From: an uncultured bacterium
GTDB lineage: Bacteria > Patescibacteriota > JACMRA01
Assembly (NCBI GenBank): GCA_963784355.1
Contig: CAWAQU010000006.1
Span: 1-64,000, forward strand
Direction of reading: 5' to 3'
Length of the DNA stretch: 64,000 bases
The position numbers and the translations under genes were made by a program. The notes under the pieces were generated by a model. That model was not told where the DNA came from, did no database searches, and saw only the letters and a list, made by a program, of their open reading frames with translations. Below are positions 30,298-40,344 of the stretch, in pieces (the stretch's first letter is position 1; the number at the start of each line of letters is the position of its first letter).

Positions 30298-31548
30298 ATG
30301 CTTAAAGTAAATTTTCAAAATATACACGGTTTAACAGATCAAAATTCTATCTCAAAAGAGAGTTTATTGCAGGCTAGAAGTAAAATGGACGACCTGTATA
30401 ATCAAATTTTAAACCACAAACAAGGTTTTTTAGATTTACCCAATGCTTCCACAGAGGAGATTAAAACATTTACTCAACAGGTTACCAGCAAGTATAAAAA
30501 TATTGTAATTTTGGGTATTGGTGGGTCAATGCTTGGTCCAAAATGTATTCTAGATGCTCTCTATACATATAAAGATGGTCTTAAAGTCTACTGTTTAGAT
30601 AATATTGATCCGGATCAGATTAGTATAATGGAATCTAGAATCGATCTCAAAGACACACTATTTTTAGTTCAAACTAAATCAGGTACTACTCCGGAAACTA
30701 TTGCCCAGTATCTTTATTTTAAAAAAAAAGTCGAAGCGGAAAATTTAGATTTCAGAAATCACTTTGTATTTGTAACAGATCCTGAAAAAGGTTATCTTAG
30801 GAACATAGCTAATCAAGAACAAGTTCCATGTTTTGAAATTCCACAGAACGTTGGTGGAAGATTTAGCGTACTTACACCTGTAGGCTTGCTCGTTGCTTCT
30901 CTGGTCGGTATTAATATTGACGAGATTTTAAGCGGAGCTAAATACAGTACTGAGAATTTACTCAATGATGCCTATGATTTTGCGTATATCAACTACGAGT
31001 TAAGCGCCAAAGGAAAAAATGTTCATGTGATCATGCCGTACGCAACTAAATTGAAAACTTTTTCTGAATGGTGTGTGCAGTTGATAAGTGAAAGCATAGG
31101 TAAAAAAAGAAGTGTTGAAGGTAACATAGATAATGTAGGAGTTACACCATTGCCTGCTGTTGGAGCTACCGATCAGCACTCTCAATTGCAATTATTTGCC
31201 GAAGGTCCTAATGATAAATTAATTACTTTTATAGAAGTTGAGAAATTTGACACAACTGTTGCAATTCCTGCCAATTCTGAAAGTAGTTTAAGTTATTTAA
31301 ATAACCATAGTTTCAATGATTTAATCAAGGCTGAATTTTATGGAACTAGAGAAAGCCTAACTGAAGCAGACAGACCAAATATAACTATATCAATTGAAAA
31401 GCTGAATGGAAAGAGTCTGGGAGCTTTATTCATGTTTTTTGAAGTATATACTGCTTTTTTTGGTGAAATGTTAGGAGTAAATACCTTTAATCAACCCGGG
31501 GTAGAAAGAAGCAAAGTATTGGCCAGAGAAAATATCTTAAAATTCTAA
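30298..31548 (+). CDS. pgi: Glucose-6-phosphate isomerase
   Basis: GIGGS, KSGTTPET, VGGRFSV, DQHSQLQ, FNQPGVE. Confidence 0.96.
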   Translation: MLKVNFQNIHGLTDQNSISKESLLQARSKMDDLYNQILNHKQGFLDLPNASTEEIKTFTQQVTSKYKNIVILGIGGSMLGPKCILDALYTYKDGLKVYCLDNIDPDQISIMESRIDLKDTLFLVQTKSGTTPETIAQYLYFKKKVEAENLDFRNHFVFVTDPEKGYLRNIANQEQVPCFEIPQNVGGRFSVLTPVGLLVASLVGINIDEILSGAKYSTENLLNDAYDFAYINYELSAKGKNVHVIMPYATKLKTFSEWCVQLISESIGKKRSVEGNIDNVGVTPLPAVGATDQHSQLQLFAEGPNDKLITFIEVEKFDTTVAIPANSESSLSYLNNHSFNDLIKAEFYGTRESLTEADRPNITISIEKLNGKSLGALFMFFEVYTAFFGEMLGVNTFNQPGVERSKVLARENILKF

Positions 31549-31569
31549 TCATAAATAATAAAATATAAA

Positions 31570-32067
31570 ATGCACTTTGGTTTATTGCCTAATATATTAG
31601 GTTTCTCGGCTCTAATTCTCTATATACTAACTCTAATTCCTGGCTTATCCAGAGTTGCGTTGACCGATTTTAGGCGAACCAAGTTTGTGCTATTCTTGAT
31701 GAAGTACCGTAGGGAATTCGGTTTAGCAACTTTTGCTGTGGCCTTAGCACATGGTATATTGATTGGTATTGAGCGAAACTTGAATTTTTTGGAGTTAGGT
31801 ACGATTTTTAAGTATGTTCAGGGTATTACTGCCATGATAATATTGATACTTCTAGCACTTACTTCAAATGACTTTAGTGTGAAAAAAATGAAGCGCAACT
31901 GGAAAAGGCTGCATTCTCTTACTTATTTACTACTTTTTATTTTACCCTGGCACATTGTTGATAAAATGAATGGTCACTGGAGCGTTTTTACACCTTTAGC
32001 TTTAGGATTGTTGCTTATAACTTTGTATTTCTTTGCGGTGAGAATATTTAAGTTGTTGAGAAAATAG
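31570..32067 (+). CDS. Ferric reductase-like transmembrane protein (MsrQ-like heme b carrier)
   Basis: RREFGL, LAH, LALTSND, WKRLHSLTY, WH. Confidence 0.85.
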   Translation: MHFGLLPNILGFSALILYILTLIPGLSRVALTDFRRTKFVLFLMKYRREFGLATFAVALAHGILIGIERNLNFLELGTIFKYVQGITAMIILILLALTSNDFSVKKMKRNWKRLHSLTYLLLFILPWHIVDKMNGHWSVFTPLALGLLLITLYFFAVRIFKLLRK

Positions 32068-32243
32068 TATACTAACTTCATTTAAATAACCGCATTGTCT
32101 ACAAATATAGGGATTTGATTTAATTATCTTATTCCTATTTTTTTTGGCTCGAATTAAGAGATATTACCAAATAAATACTGTTTGACTTTAACAAAAAAGT
32201 GTGCTATAGAATTAATACCAATCAAGTTAATTTGAGTAATAAT

Positions 32244-34788
32244 ATGAGCGCTATAGGCAAAATAATAAATCAATCTTTTTCAAAGTATTTCAACATCTTT
32301 CTGAGTTTAGCGTTGTTTTGCAGTATTTTTTCTGTATTACATGTAAATTCACAAACTATTCCGGCACCTGCAGAGCCAAACTGTCAGACCGTGAGTACAA
32401 ACCCAGCTTTTAATCCATATCCAATTACAACAAGACTCAGTGCGCCTGATATTATTTCAGGGGATTGTAAGGACATGCCGCTTATAAGCTTTTTCCCTAT
32501 TGATTTTAGAAATAACAACCCTAGAGAAAAAACGATAGTACAAGGACAGGACGTTAGCTTCCAACTATATTACATCAATGGTGCAAGGCCAGATGGTAGC
32601 GGAAATCCTAAAATTGAGAATCCTGTAGTAAAAATGGAGCTGATTAAGGAAAGCAACACTAAATATCGTGTTAGAGCTGTCTTATCAGGTAACAACGTTA
32701 CTACTACTACTTCTGCTGATAAAGGTGGTGATTTAATTATCAATACGCCTGCAAATACAACTTTTAAAATAATGGGTAGAGATACTAGACACTATAATGA
32801 TGCTATTGAGAGAAAATATCAAGTAGAGACAGGGCAAAATTCACAACTATACGATTTTATTCAAGATAATTCGAACGGAAATACAATATCAAACCCTATT
32901 TGGTCTCGTTTTGAAGGTGTAAATTTACCAAGCACTTCAGGATTTCAAATTAAACCAAATTTAGAAGCAGGACTTTTAGGGTATGGATATATTCTTACTT
33001 CTATTACTGCTGAAGCACCTGCACCTCAGCCCCCAACTCCTCCAGTTACCCCAGAAAATTTACCTCCTTCTTTACCAGGCGAAGAAATTACAGTAGTTAG
33101 AGGACAGAACGGTTCATTCCAGAGATTAAATGGTACAGATCAAGACAATAATTACCCCCTTACCTACGATTTATCTCAATTACCAGCAAATTGTAGACAG
33201 ACTAGTACTGGTACAGGAAGTAATGGTCCTGGTAGAACTGGTCCCGTGATCACTTGTTCAACTGATGCTAATACACCTACAAGATTTCAATTTATAATTA
33301 CTCCAATTGATTCAAAAGGACTTAGAGGTACTCCAGGTACATTTATAGTAAATGTTATTGAACCAAAAATGACATCTATAAAGCAATGTTTCGTAAAAGG
33401 AACTAATAATCCATGTGCCTCTACTACATTAAAACCAGGAGATGATGTAACTTATAAAGTAACTGTTAATAGCACTGGTACATACAAATTGACCAATCTA
33501 AGAATCACTGACACCTACGACAAAACTAGATTAAATACTATTACCAACATTAGTGATAACGGTACTTTAGGAGATGGTACAATAAACTGGAGTCTTGGTG
33601 ATTTAGCTATTGGAGCTTCTAAGTCTGTCACATTTGATGCTAAAATTTCCAACAATGTACAAAATGGTGATATTGTTTTAAATAGAGCTGTAATCAAAGC
33701 AGACAACTTACCTGATCAAAATGTAAGTGTGCAATTCCCTATCGCAATTGGAAATATTATTGCAGTAAAAGAGTGTTTCGTAAAAGGAACCAACACGCCT
33801 TGTGCTTCTGCCGAATTGAAACCTGGTAATGAAGTAACTTACAAAATAACTGTAAAAAATACAACTCAAACTACCGTAAAAAATCTAAGAATCACTGACA
33901 CCTACGACAAAACTAGATTAAATACTATTACCAACATTAGTGATAACGGTACTTTAGGAGATGGTACAATAAACTGGAGTCTTGGTGATTTAGCCGGAAA
34001 TGCAACTAAAACAGTTAATTTCAACGCTAAAATTACAGATGCTGCAAAATCCGGTGATGTAATTGTAAATATTGCTAAAATTGTAGCTGAGGGTATTCCT
34101 GAAATTACAGTACAAGTGCAGTTCCCTGTTGTTACAGATGAACCTCTTTTATCAACTTCTAATAAAGAATGTTTTAGACAATCTACAAATACAGCATGTA
34201 ACCAAGCAAACCTAAAGCCTGGTGATAAAGTAACTTATAAGATTAATGTTAAAAATACAGGTAAAGGTATTGCAAAAAATCTAAGAATCACTGACACCTA
34301 CGACAAAACTAGACTAAACGGTATCACAAATCTTAATCCACAAGGTCAAGTAAACACCGATCAAGGAACTATTACTTGGAGTATTGGTGATCTTACTGCA
34401 GGTCAAACATCTACATTAGTATTTGATGCTACTATTACAAATGCAATTGCTAATGGTGATATTATTATTAACTCAGCTGTAATCAAAGCAGACAACTTAC
34501 CTGATCAAAATGTAAGTGTGCAATTTGCTGTAACTTTACCTGGAATGCCACCTATTGTTACTCCACCTACACCAAATCTCCCAAATACACCTGCAAACCC
34601 AACCTTACCACAAAATCTAACTCCTAATCCGGTTGCCCCCTGCAGTTAACTTTACCCCTAGAACTGGAGGTGTAAGTACTGCCGCTTTACTCTCAGGGTT
34701 GGTTATGTTTGGCTTTGGTTTTCTATACAAGAAAAATTCTAAATCTAGAGGAAGTTTTATTCCAAAAAGAAATAGTGAAATGAGATAA
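32244..34788 (+). CDS. Large surface protein with three DUF11-like repeats, Pro-rich linker and TPRTGG-TM-basic tail; +1 frameshift near 34636-34640
   Basis: Three xKPGDxVTYKITVxN...ITDTYD...WSLGDL repeats; frame 0 stops at 34649; +1 frame continues PAVNFTPRTGGVSTAALLSGLVMFGFGFLYKKNSK to TAA 34788. Confidence 0.85.
33495..33994. repeat. 113-bp identical block in DUF11 repeats 1 and 2 (33495-33607 and 33882-33994); partial third copy at about 34278
   Basis: aatctaagaatcactgacacctacgacaaaactag...ggagtcttggtgatttagc repeated exactly. Confidence 0.85.
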
Positions 34789-34837
34789 AATTCCAACTCA
34801 AAACGATAGAATTAAAGATAATAAAGCAAAGCGAATG

Positions 34838-34863
34838 GTCCCGGGTAACTCCGGGATTTTTTT
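34838..34863 (+). terminator. Intrinsic terminator downstream of the frameshift-extended end of the surface gene
   Basis: tcccgg-gtaact-ccggga followed by T7. Confidence 0.8.
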
Positions 34864-34880
34864 AAAGCAAGATTAATCAT

Positions 34881-35252
34881 ATGTTAGAATACCCATCTTT
34901 TCCTAACAGACCAAAAAAAGAAAAATCTGAATTTACTCCAAAGCAATTATTCATTGAGCTCTTAGTTAATGAAAAAATTCACTCAGACGACTATAATCTA
35001 GAATTAGATATTCTTTTGCAGAAATCATCAGTAGAGTGCCAAGAGAAGACAATGCTATATATTACACTTTTAAATTTAGATATTGAATTAATAACCTCTA
35101 ACCTAATTAAACGACGAATTGTATTTCTTAATGCAATGTTAGGAATTTTTAAAGGGGTTAAAGCAGCAAAATTGACAAAAGCGGACTCTTATAATTTAAG
35201 ACATCAGCTCATTTTAGAAATAAATAAAATAATAGACCAAAGTAAATTGTAA
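34881..35252 (+). CDS. Hypothetical protein
   Basis: 123-aa ORF. Confidence 0.6.
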   Translation: MLEYPSFPNRPKKEKSEFTPKQLFIELLVNEKIHSDDYNLELDILLQKSSVECQEKTMLYITLLNLDIELITSNLIKRRIVFLNAMLGIFKGVKAAKLTKADSYNLRHQLILEINKIIDQSKL

Positions 35253-35400
35253 ATTTATGTAAGTATTTTTGAGTTGTAAGTAGCCTCAAACTTATTATAA
35301 TTTAATGATCTGACCATGTACGAAATCTAGTTTTCTTATTTACAGGTAAATATATTTTAATTTCATCAAATTAAAGTTAAAACTTAGGTTAAAATTTGCC

Positions 35401-35898
35401 TTATCTTAATATCATTTTAATGCCTTTTTTATGTGAGTTTTCCGAGTTTAAATACTCAAATCCAAACTTCAAGTAAAATTTATCAGCAACAGTTGTTTCA
35501 AGAAAAATTGGTTTATTCTGGATTTTATACTTTAGTATTGCATTCATTAAATTTTGCCCGATACTAATATTTTGCCAACTAGGGTGAACGAACATAGATT
35601 TTAACTCCATACTTTCTTCTTTATTAACTAAAAAAACACTTCCTACTGCTTCATTATTTATTTTGGCAACTAAAGCTAAACTTTGTTTTTTGGCTAAAAT
35701 TTGTTTTAATTCAGTTAGCTTTTTTGACCAGTTTATATTATTTATTTGCTCTTCGGTAGCTTGGTATTCGTCATTAACATAATTTTTGATATAACAAAGC
35801 CTCTGAATTTCTACTATCTGCTCAAGATCAGTAATATCTGCATTAGAAAAAGATAGGTTTTGCAGTAACAAGATTTTGTCTTCGGATAAAGAGTTCAT
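35401..35898 (-). CDS. GNAT family N-acetyltransferase
   Basis: MFVHPSWQNISIGQNLM, FYLKFGF. Confidence 0.85.
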   Translation of the reverse strand: MNSLSEDKILLLQNLSFSNADITDLEQIVEIQRLCYIKNYVNDEYQATEEQINNINWSKKLTELKQILAKKQSLALVAKINNEAVGSVFLVNKEESMELKSMFVHPSWQNISIGQNLMNAILKYKIQNKPIFLETTVADKFYLKFGFEYLNSENSHKKGIKMILR

Positions 35899-35937
35899 AG
35901 TACGTTTTGCTTCTATGTGTTATTAGAACAAACTTTG

Positions 35938-37954
35938 CTACTCCATCAATTTAAACTCTTCTGTTAATCTATCTACTTTGCTTTTTTTGCCGAATACTAA
36001 AACTCCTAAATAATTTAATTCAGTGGATTTTTTTGGTTCTTGTTTATCTCGAGCTTTTTCATCACTATTACTATCTCTCATTTCTTCAGTAAATACAGCT
36101 ATTTTTAAACCCTCTTTTTCAGCAGCTCTTTTTAGCTCCAACAATTGCTCTCTAGAATCTGTTTGTTTGATAATAATTGTATGTTGAATATTCATTGGAA
36201 TTTCCTCGCCATCCTGAGTCTCGAATCTATCTATACCTATAAGCCTATCTCCCTGCCTAGCTGCTAAAGAGGCAGCCAAATGAGCTGATGTAGCAAGTTT
36301 ACTCCAAGTTGGTATTTCAGGGGTGTTTAAAAGGATGCTGTGAGCTACTAAAGTCTTACCGGGTTTTTCAGAATCATTGTCGCGACTTCTTGTGTGAGGA
36401 AATGTAACACACTCTTTTATATGCTTACCAAGTAAAAATGAAACCAATCTTTCACTCATTCCAAAACCTGCAAGTGGCGGAAGTCCATATTCTAGAGCTT
36501 TTACATAATCTTCATTCATAAACTGTGCCTCATCGTCACCTGCATCTCTAGCGGCTTGCTGCGCTTTAAATCTATCCAACTGGTCAATCGGATCATTTAA
36601 CTCACTAAAACATTTGCCTAGTTCAGCGGTACCAGCTACAATTTGCCATCTGTGAACAAGCTTAGGATTTTCAGGATCTCGCTTAGCCAGTGGTTCTAAT
36701 TCCACAGGTTGCTCAGCCAAAAATATTGGATTTTGAATATAAATTCTAGCGACTTTTTTATAGATTTTATCAATTAAATTACTCATTGAAGTGCCTTTTT
36801 CAATTTCAATTTTGTTTTCATTGGCTATCTCAAGCAATTCTTTATAAGTTTTATTTTCCAAATCTACTTTGTCACCGGAAAAATATCTAATTGCTTCAAA
36901 ATATGGAATTACCGGCCAACCATTTACTAGTTTCCACCCATGTCTATCTGCTTCTTCCTGACTACACCAATTACCCCAATTTATACTTTTACCATTGTAA
37001 TCAATTTGTTCATAAGTACCTAAAAATTCTTGTACTATACGTCTATAAATTCTTTGAATTAATGGCATTCCGTCAAAATAGTTGGCATAGGCCCAATAAA
37101 ATTCGATTTGAGTATATTCCTGAAGATGTTGAGGACTGTTACCTTCATTTCTAAAAATTCTGCCAATTTCAAAAACTTTTTCAAACCCACCGGCAATCAA
37201 TTTTTTTAAAGGTAATTCTAACGATATGCGTAAATAGACTTCTTGATTTAATTCATTATAATAGGTTGTAAATGGTTTTGCATCTGCTCCCCCCGGAATT
37301 GTTTCAAAAATAGGGCATTCTACTTCCAAAAAACCTTCCTTAATCATTTCTTCGCGCCAAATCTGCCAGTATCTTGATTTAAGTTTAATTATATCACGGA
37401 CGGATAAGCCGTTTTCATCTTTGGTGTTCATTTTGAAATCTGCAACTTTATCCAAATACCTTGTCTCCACATTTTCATAATCTAATTGCTCAGGTAGGGG
37501 CCTAAGTGATTTAGTCAAAATTGTGTATTCCTCTACAAATAAACTAGGCTCGCCACGTTGAGAAAGGTCCAATTTGCCTGTTGCTTGAATATAGTCACCT
37601 TCATCAAATAAATCTTTATAATTTTCAAAACTTAACTTCTTTTCAGTATTATATTCTTGAGGTAAATCATCTTTTTTAAAAATGAATTGAAATCCCTCAG
37701 GTAGACTCTCATCCTCAATTGTGCCAAAAGCAATTTTACCGGACATTCTTTTAGATTTAACTCTTCCGGCCAATGTAACTTGCTGACCTTTGTTTTCCTC
37801 AAATTTTGATTTTATATCATATAAGGTATAATCTCTTTTTAGAGTAGGGGGTAAAAGGATTTTGACCTAGATCTTCTAGTTTATACATTTTCTCAATACG
37901 AATTTGGCGTTGAGTTTCGACGGATGAATATGAAATACCTGCTTGTTGAGACAT
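35938..37954 (-). CDS. lysS: Lysine--tRNA ligase (class II) with C-terminal DUF2000/PTH2-like domain; +1 frameshift between 37866 and 37820
   Basis: GGADAKPF, YLRISLEL, IGRIFRNEG, SELNDPIDQ, YGLPP; N-terminus MSQQ...RQIRIEK...GQNPF from ATG 37954 lies in a different frame. Confidence 0.93.
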
Positions 37955-37979
37955 ATTGGAATGATATAGTTACCTAATT

Positions 37980-38005
37980 AAAAAACAAACTCCCTGGAAG
38001 GGAGC
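37980..38005 (-). terminator. Attenuator terminator upstream of lysS
   Basis: Minus strand GCTCCCT-TCC-AGGGAGT-TTGTTTTTT, 26 nt before lysS ATG. Confidence 0.8.
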
Positions 38006-38032
38006 ATAAAAATAAATTAACCGAGCCCCCTT

Positions 38033-38083
38033 TTACTGAGAAGTTTTTTTAGAATTTTTCTTGGAGAAGACTACGAGTTTCAT
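38033..38083 (-). CDS. Putative lysS leader peptide MKLVVFSKKNSKKTSQ
   Basis: 16 aa with 5 Lys codons (two tandem pairs); ATG 7 nt after TATAAT; followed by alternative hairpins. Confidence 0.75.
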   Translation of the reverse strand: MKLVVFSKKNSKKTSQ

Positions 38084-38090
38084 GACTACA

Positions 38091-38120
38091 ATTATAGGAC
38101 GATTAAGATATAGCTGTCAA
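38091..38120 (-). promoter_or_regulatory. Consensus sigma70 promoter for leader-lysS
   Basis: TTGACA-N18-TATAAT on minus strand. Confidence 0.85.
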
Positions 38121-38291
38121 GGATAGGGGATACTGCTATTAAAATTTACTATAAATAATTAATACGCATAAGATTTTACAGTCTTACAAACTTCAGCTAT
38201 ACTATCTCAGCACTAAATAAAATACGAATATAAAAATATAAAGTAGCTTCTGTCACACAAAAGTACTATATTATTGAATAATCTATCCAAA

Positions 38292-39461
38292 ATGAAAAAT
38301 GTATCTTTTAAAAAAGTGGCATTAGTACTGTCTTTAATTGCATTCAGTTTAATTGTCTGTGCAGGTCTGCTTATAGGGCAAAGTATAAATACAGCAAAAA
38401 ATGTAACTATTATAGCCGGAAACCCAAATGATTCAAAGTCCAATATAATTTTTGATAAACAATCTGCACAAGCTGGTAGCCAGGCAATAATTAACCAGCC
38501 TAAACAATCTTTAGTTCCTAAGAAAGAGCCGGTAGAAACAACTAGGTTAGCTCAAACTGCTGCTGATCTGGCTTTTGATGAATATGAAAAATACGAAACC
38601 GAGTTAAAACAACTTGTAATTAGCCAAGATCCCACTGTGGCTTTAAGAAAACTAAACAGCGATATCCACACAGTAAAATCCGCACAAGAATACTGCCATA
38701 GTCTAACTCATGCCATAGGTAATGCGGCGCTAGATAAATATGAAAATAGTGTAGAAAAATCTTTGGCCTACAATGTGGACATTTGTGGAGGAGGCTATGT
38801 GCACGGAATTATAGAAGAGTATTTAGAAAAAAATTCAAATGCGGAAAAAGAGATCATAACTATTTGTAAAAAAGCAAGCGACGGAACCTGTTTCCATGCA
38901 ATTGGCCACGGTTTAATGTTGATTTATAAAATGGACATAGATAAATCTGTTCAGGCTTGTAAGCGCTTATCTAATTTTACTAAAGAGCTTTGGTGTGGGG
39001 AAGGAGTATTTATGGAAAATTTTGACTCGGAAAATGTCTCAGATGCCAAGAAACCATTTCTAAAATCTGATGATCCTATTTATCCATGTAGCAATTATAG
39101 TGATCCATACAGCGATGCTTGCTATTATTATTCAGGAAGGTATATTTTTAAGCAAAATAAAGATGATCCTAAGGCTGCTTTGCAAAAATGTATTACTGTA
39201 AAAATAAACTCGGGTACATGTATTCGCGGCATGTCGGCAGGTATTTTACGTGCAGATTTATTGAATCCAAATATAATGGAAGATTATTGCAATTCTGTTC
39301 CAAAATATAAATCAAATTGTCTGCAAGGGGCCGTTAATTACCACTTATTCATGTTTGGAAACAATGATAAGACTAAAACTGAAATGTGTAATAAATTCAT
39401 TGATATCACAAATAAAAATACCTGCATTAACCTGATTGCCCAGTCTCCTTTTAAAAACTAA
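38292..39461 (+). CDS. Membrane-anchored Cys/His-rich protein of unknown function
   Basis: N-terminal TM; CHSLTHAIG, CGGGYVHG, CFHAIGHG, CGEGVFMEN; many Cys; ATG 38292. Confidence 0.8.
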   Translation: MKNVSFKKVALVLSLIAFSLIVCAGLLIGQSINTAKNVTIIAGNPNDSKSNIIFDKQSAQAGSQAIINQPKQSLVPKKEPVETTRLAQTAADLAFDEYEKYETELKQLVISQDPTVALRKLNSDIHTVKSAQEYCHSLTHAIGNAALDKYENSVEKSLAYNVDICGGGYVHGIIEEYLEKNSNAEKEIITICKKASDGTCFHAIGHGLMLIYKMDIDKSVQACKRLSNFTKELWCGEGVFMENFDSENVSDAKKPFLKSDDPIYPCSNYSDPYSDACYYYSGRYIFKQNKDDPKAALQKCITVKINSGTCIRGMSAGILRADLLNPNIMEDYCNSVPKYKSNCLQGAVNYHLFMFGNNDKTKTEMCNKFIDITNKNTCINLIAQSPFKN

Positions 39462-39519
39462 GTTTTATAGGTCCAGCGTTAATATTACAAGTTTACACAA
39501 TTATTTCATCAAATATACA

Positions 39520-39531
39520 TTATACGAAGTC
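39520..39531 (-). other. dif-arm-like 12-mer (satellite 2) with adjacent TGTATA spacer
   Basis: Minus strand GACTTCGTATAA-TGTATA-TTTGATGAAAT. Confidence 0.75.
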
Positions 39532-39595
39532 TAAAGCTGAATCAAAATTATAAGCTTGACACAAAACAGGGAAGGTAGTAAAAAATGAGTAATTT

Positions 39596-40138
39596 ATGAA
39601 AGAACTAAAACTCAATAGGAGTCTTTTATCAGGCTATTATGTATCTATTTTAATTTCTTTCTTTTTGTTTCAGCTAATTAAAGAATCTATTGTAAATCTT
39701 TGGACGACTTGGTTTATTAGTTTCTTGGCTGCCGCATTTAAAATTAATGCTACAACGAGTGGGGCAACTTGGTTATCTTTAGTATTTATCTGTTTTATTG
39801 TTGTATTTGTTATTAGGCGCTTTGTGGTTGAGGTCCTAAATTTATATTCAGATAATGAGTCTTATAAACCATGGGAAAGTGGTGTTTTACTTATTTTAGT
39901 GGCCGGTTACTTTATCTATGTAGTAAACAAAGTTTTTAGCCAGCCGATGCCTTCTGCATGGTTTCCAGATTTTTTAGTAAAATTGTTAGGTGGAAATGGG
40001 GAAGGTATAGAAGTTGTTGCTTTATCAGTAGAGGAAAAAAATGCTTGGACTATTGTGCCCTGGCTTTGGACTATTGGCCCTGTAGCCTTTATGTATTTTC
40101 GTACAATTGCTTCAAAATTTAAGTCAGGTGAAAAGTAA
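39596..40138 (+). CDS. Hypothetical membrane protein
   Basis: About 4 TM segments. Confidence 0.72.
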   Translation: MKELKLNRSLLSGYYVSILISFFLFQLIKESIVNLWTTWFISFLAAAFKINATTSGATWLSLVFICFIVVFVIRRFVVEVLNLYSDNESYKPWESGVLLILVAGYFIYVVNKVFSQPMPSAWFPDFLVKLLGGNGEGIEVVALSVEEKNAWTIVPWLWTIGPVAFMYFRTIASKFKSGEK

Positions 40139-40344
40139 AGACTTGCCAAAATTTGAAAAATTGTTTTAGATAATAAAGTTATAATATAGTTTGCGTTAAA
40201 AATGTTGGTTATTTGCAGTGTAATTGTATTAAATTATTCAAGCTTTATTGTAACAATTTGCTTAGACTGAATGTAGTTTCAGTTTACAATAAGCTATAAA
40301 GTAATAACTTTAATCATTTATATTATATAATAATCAATATTTTT

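Noticed and set aside
37771-37773. TTG 37773 as the true lysS start
   Set aside because: Would cut into the first OB-fold strand (VTLAGRV); a typical LysRS N-terminus exists upstream in another frame
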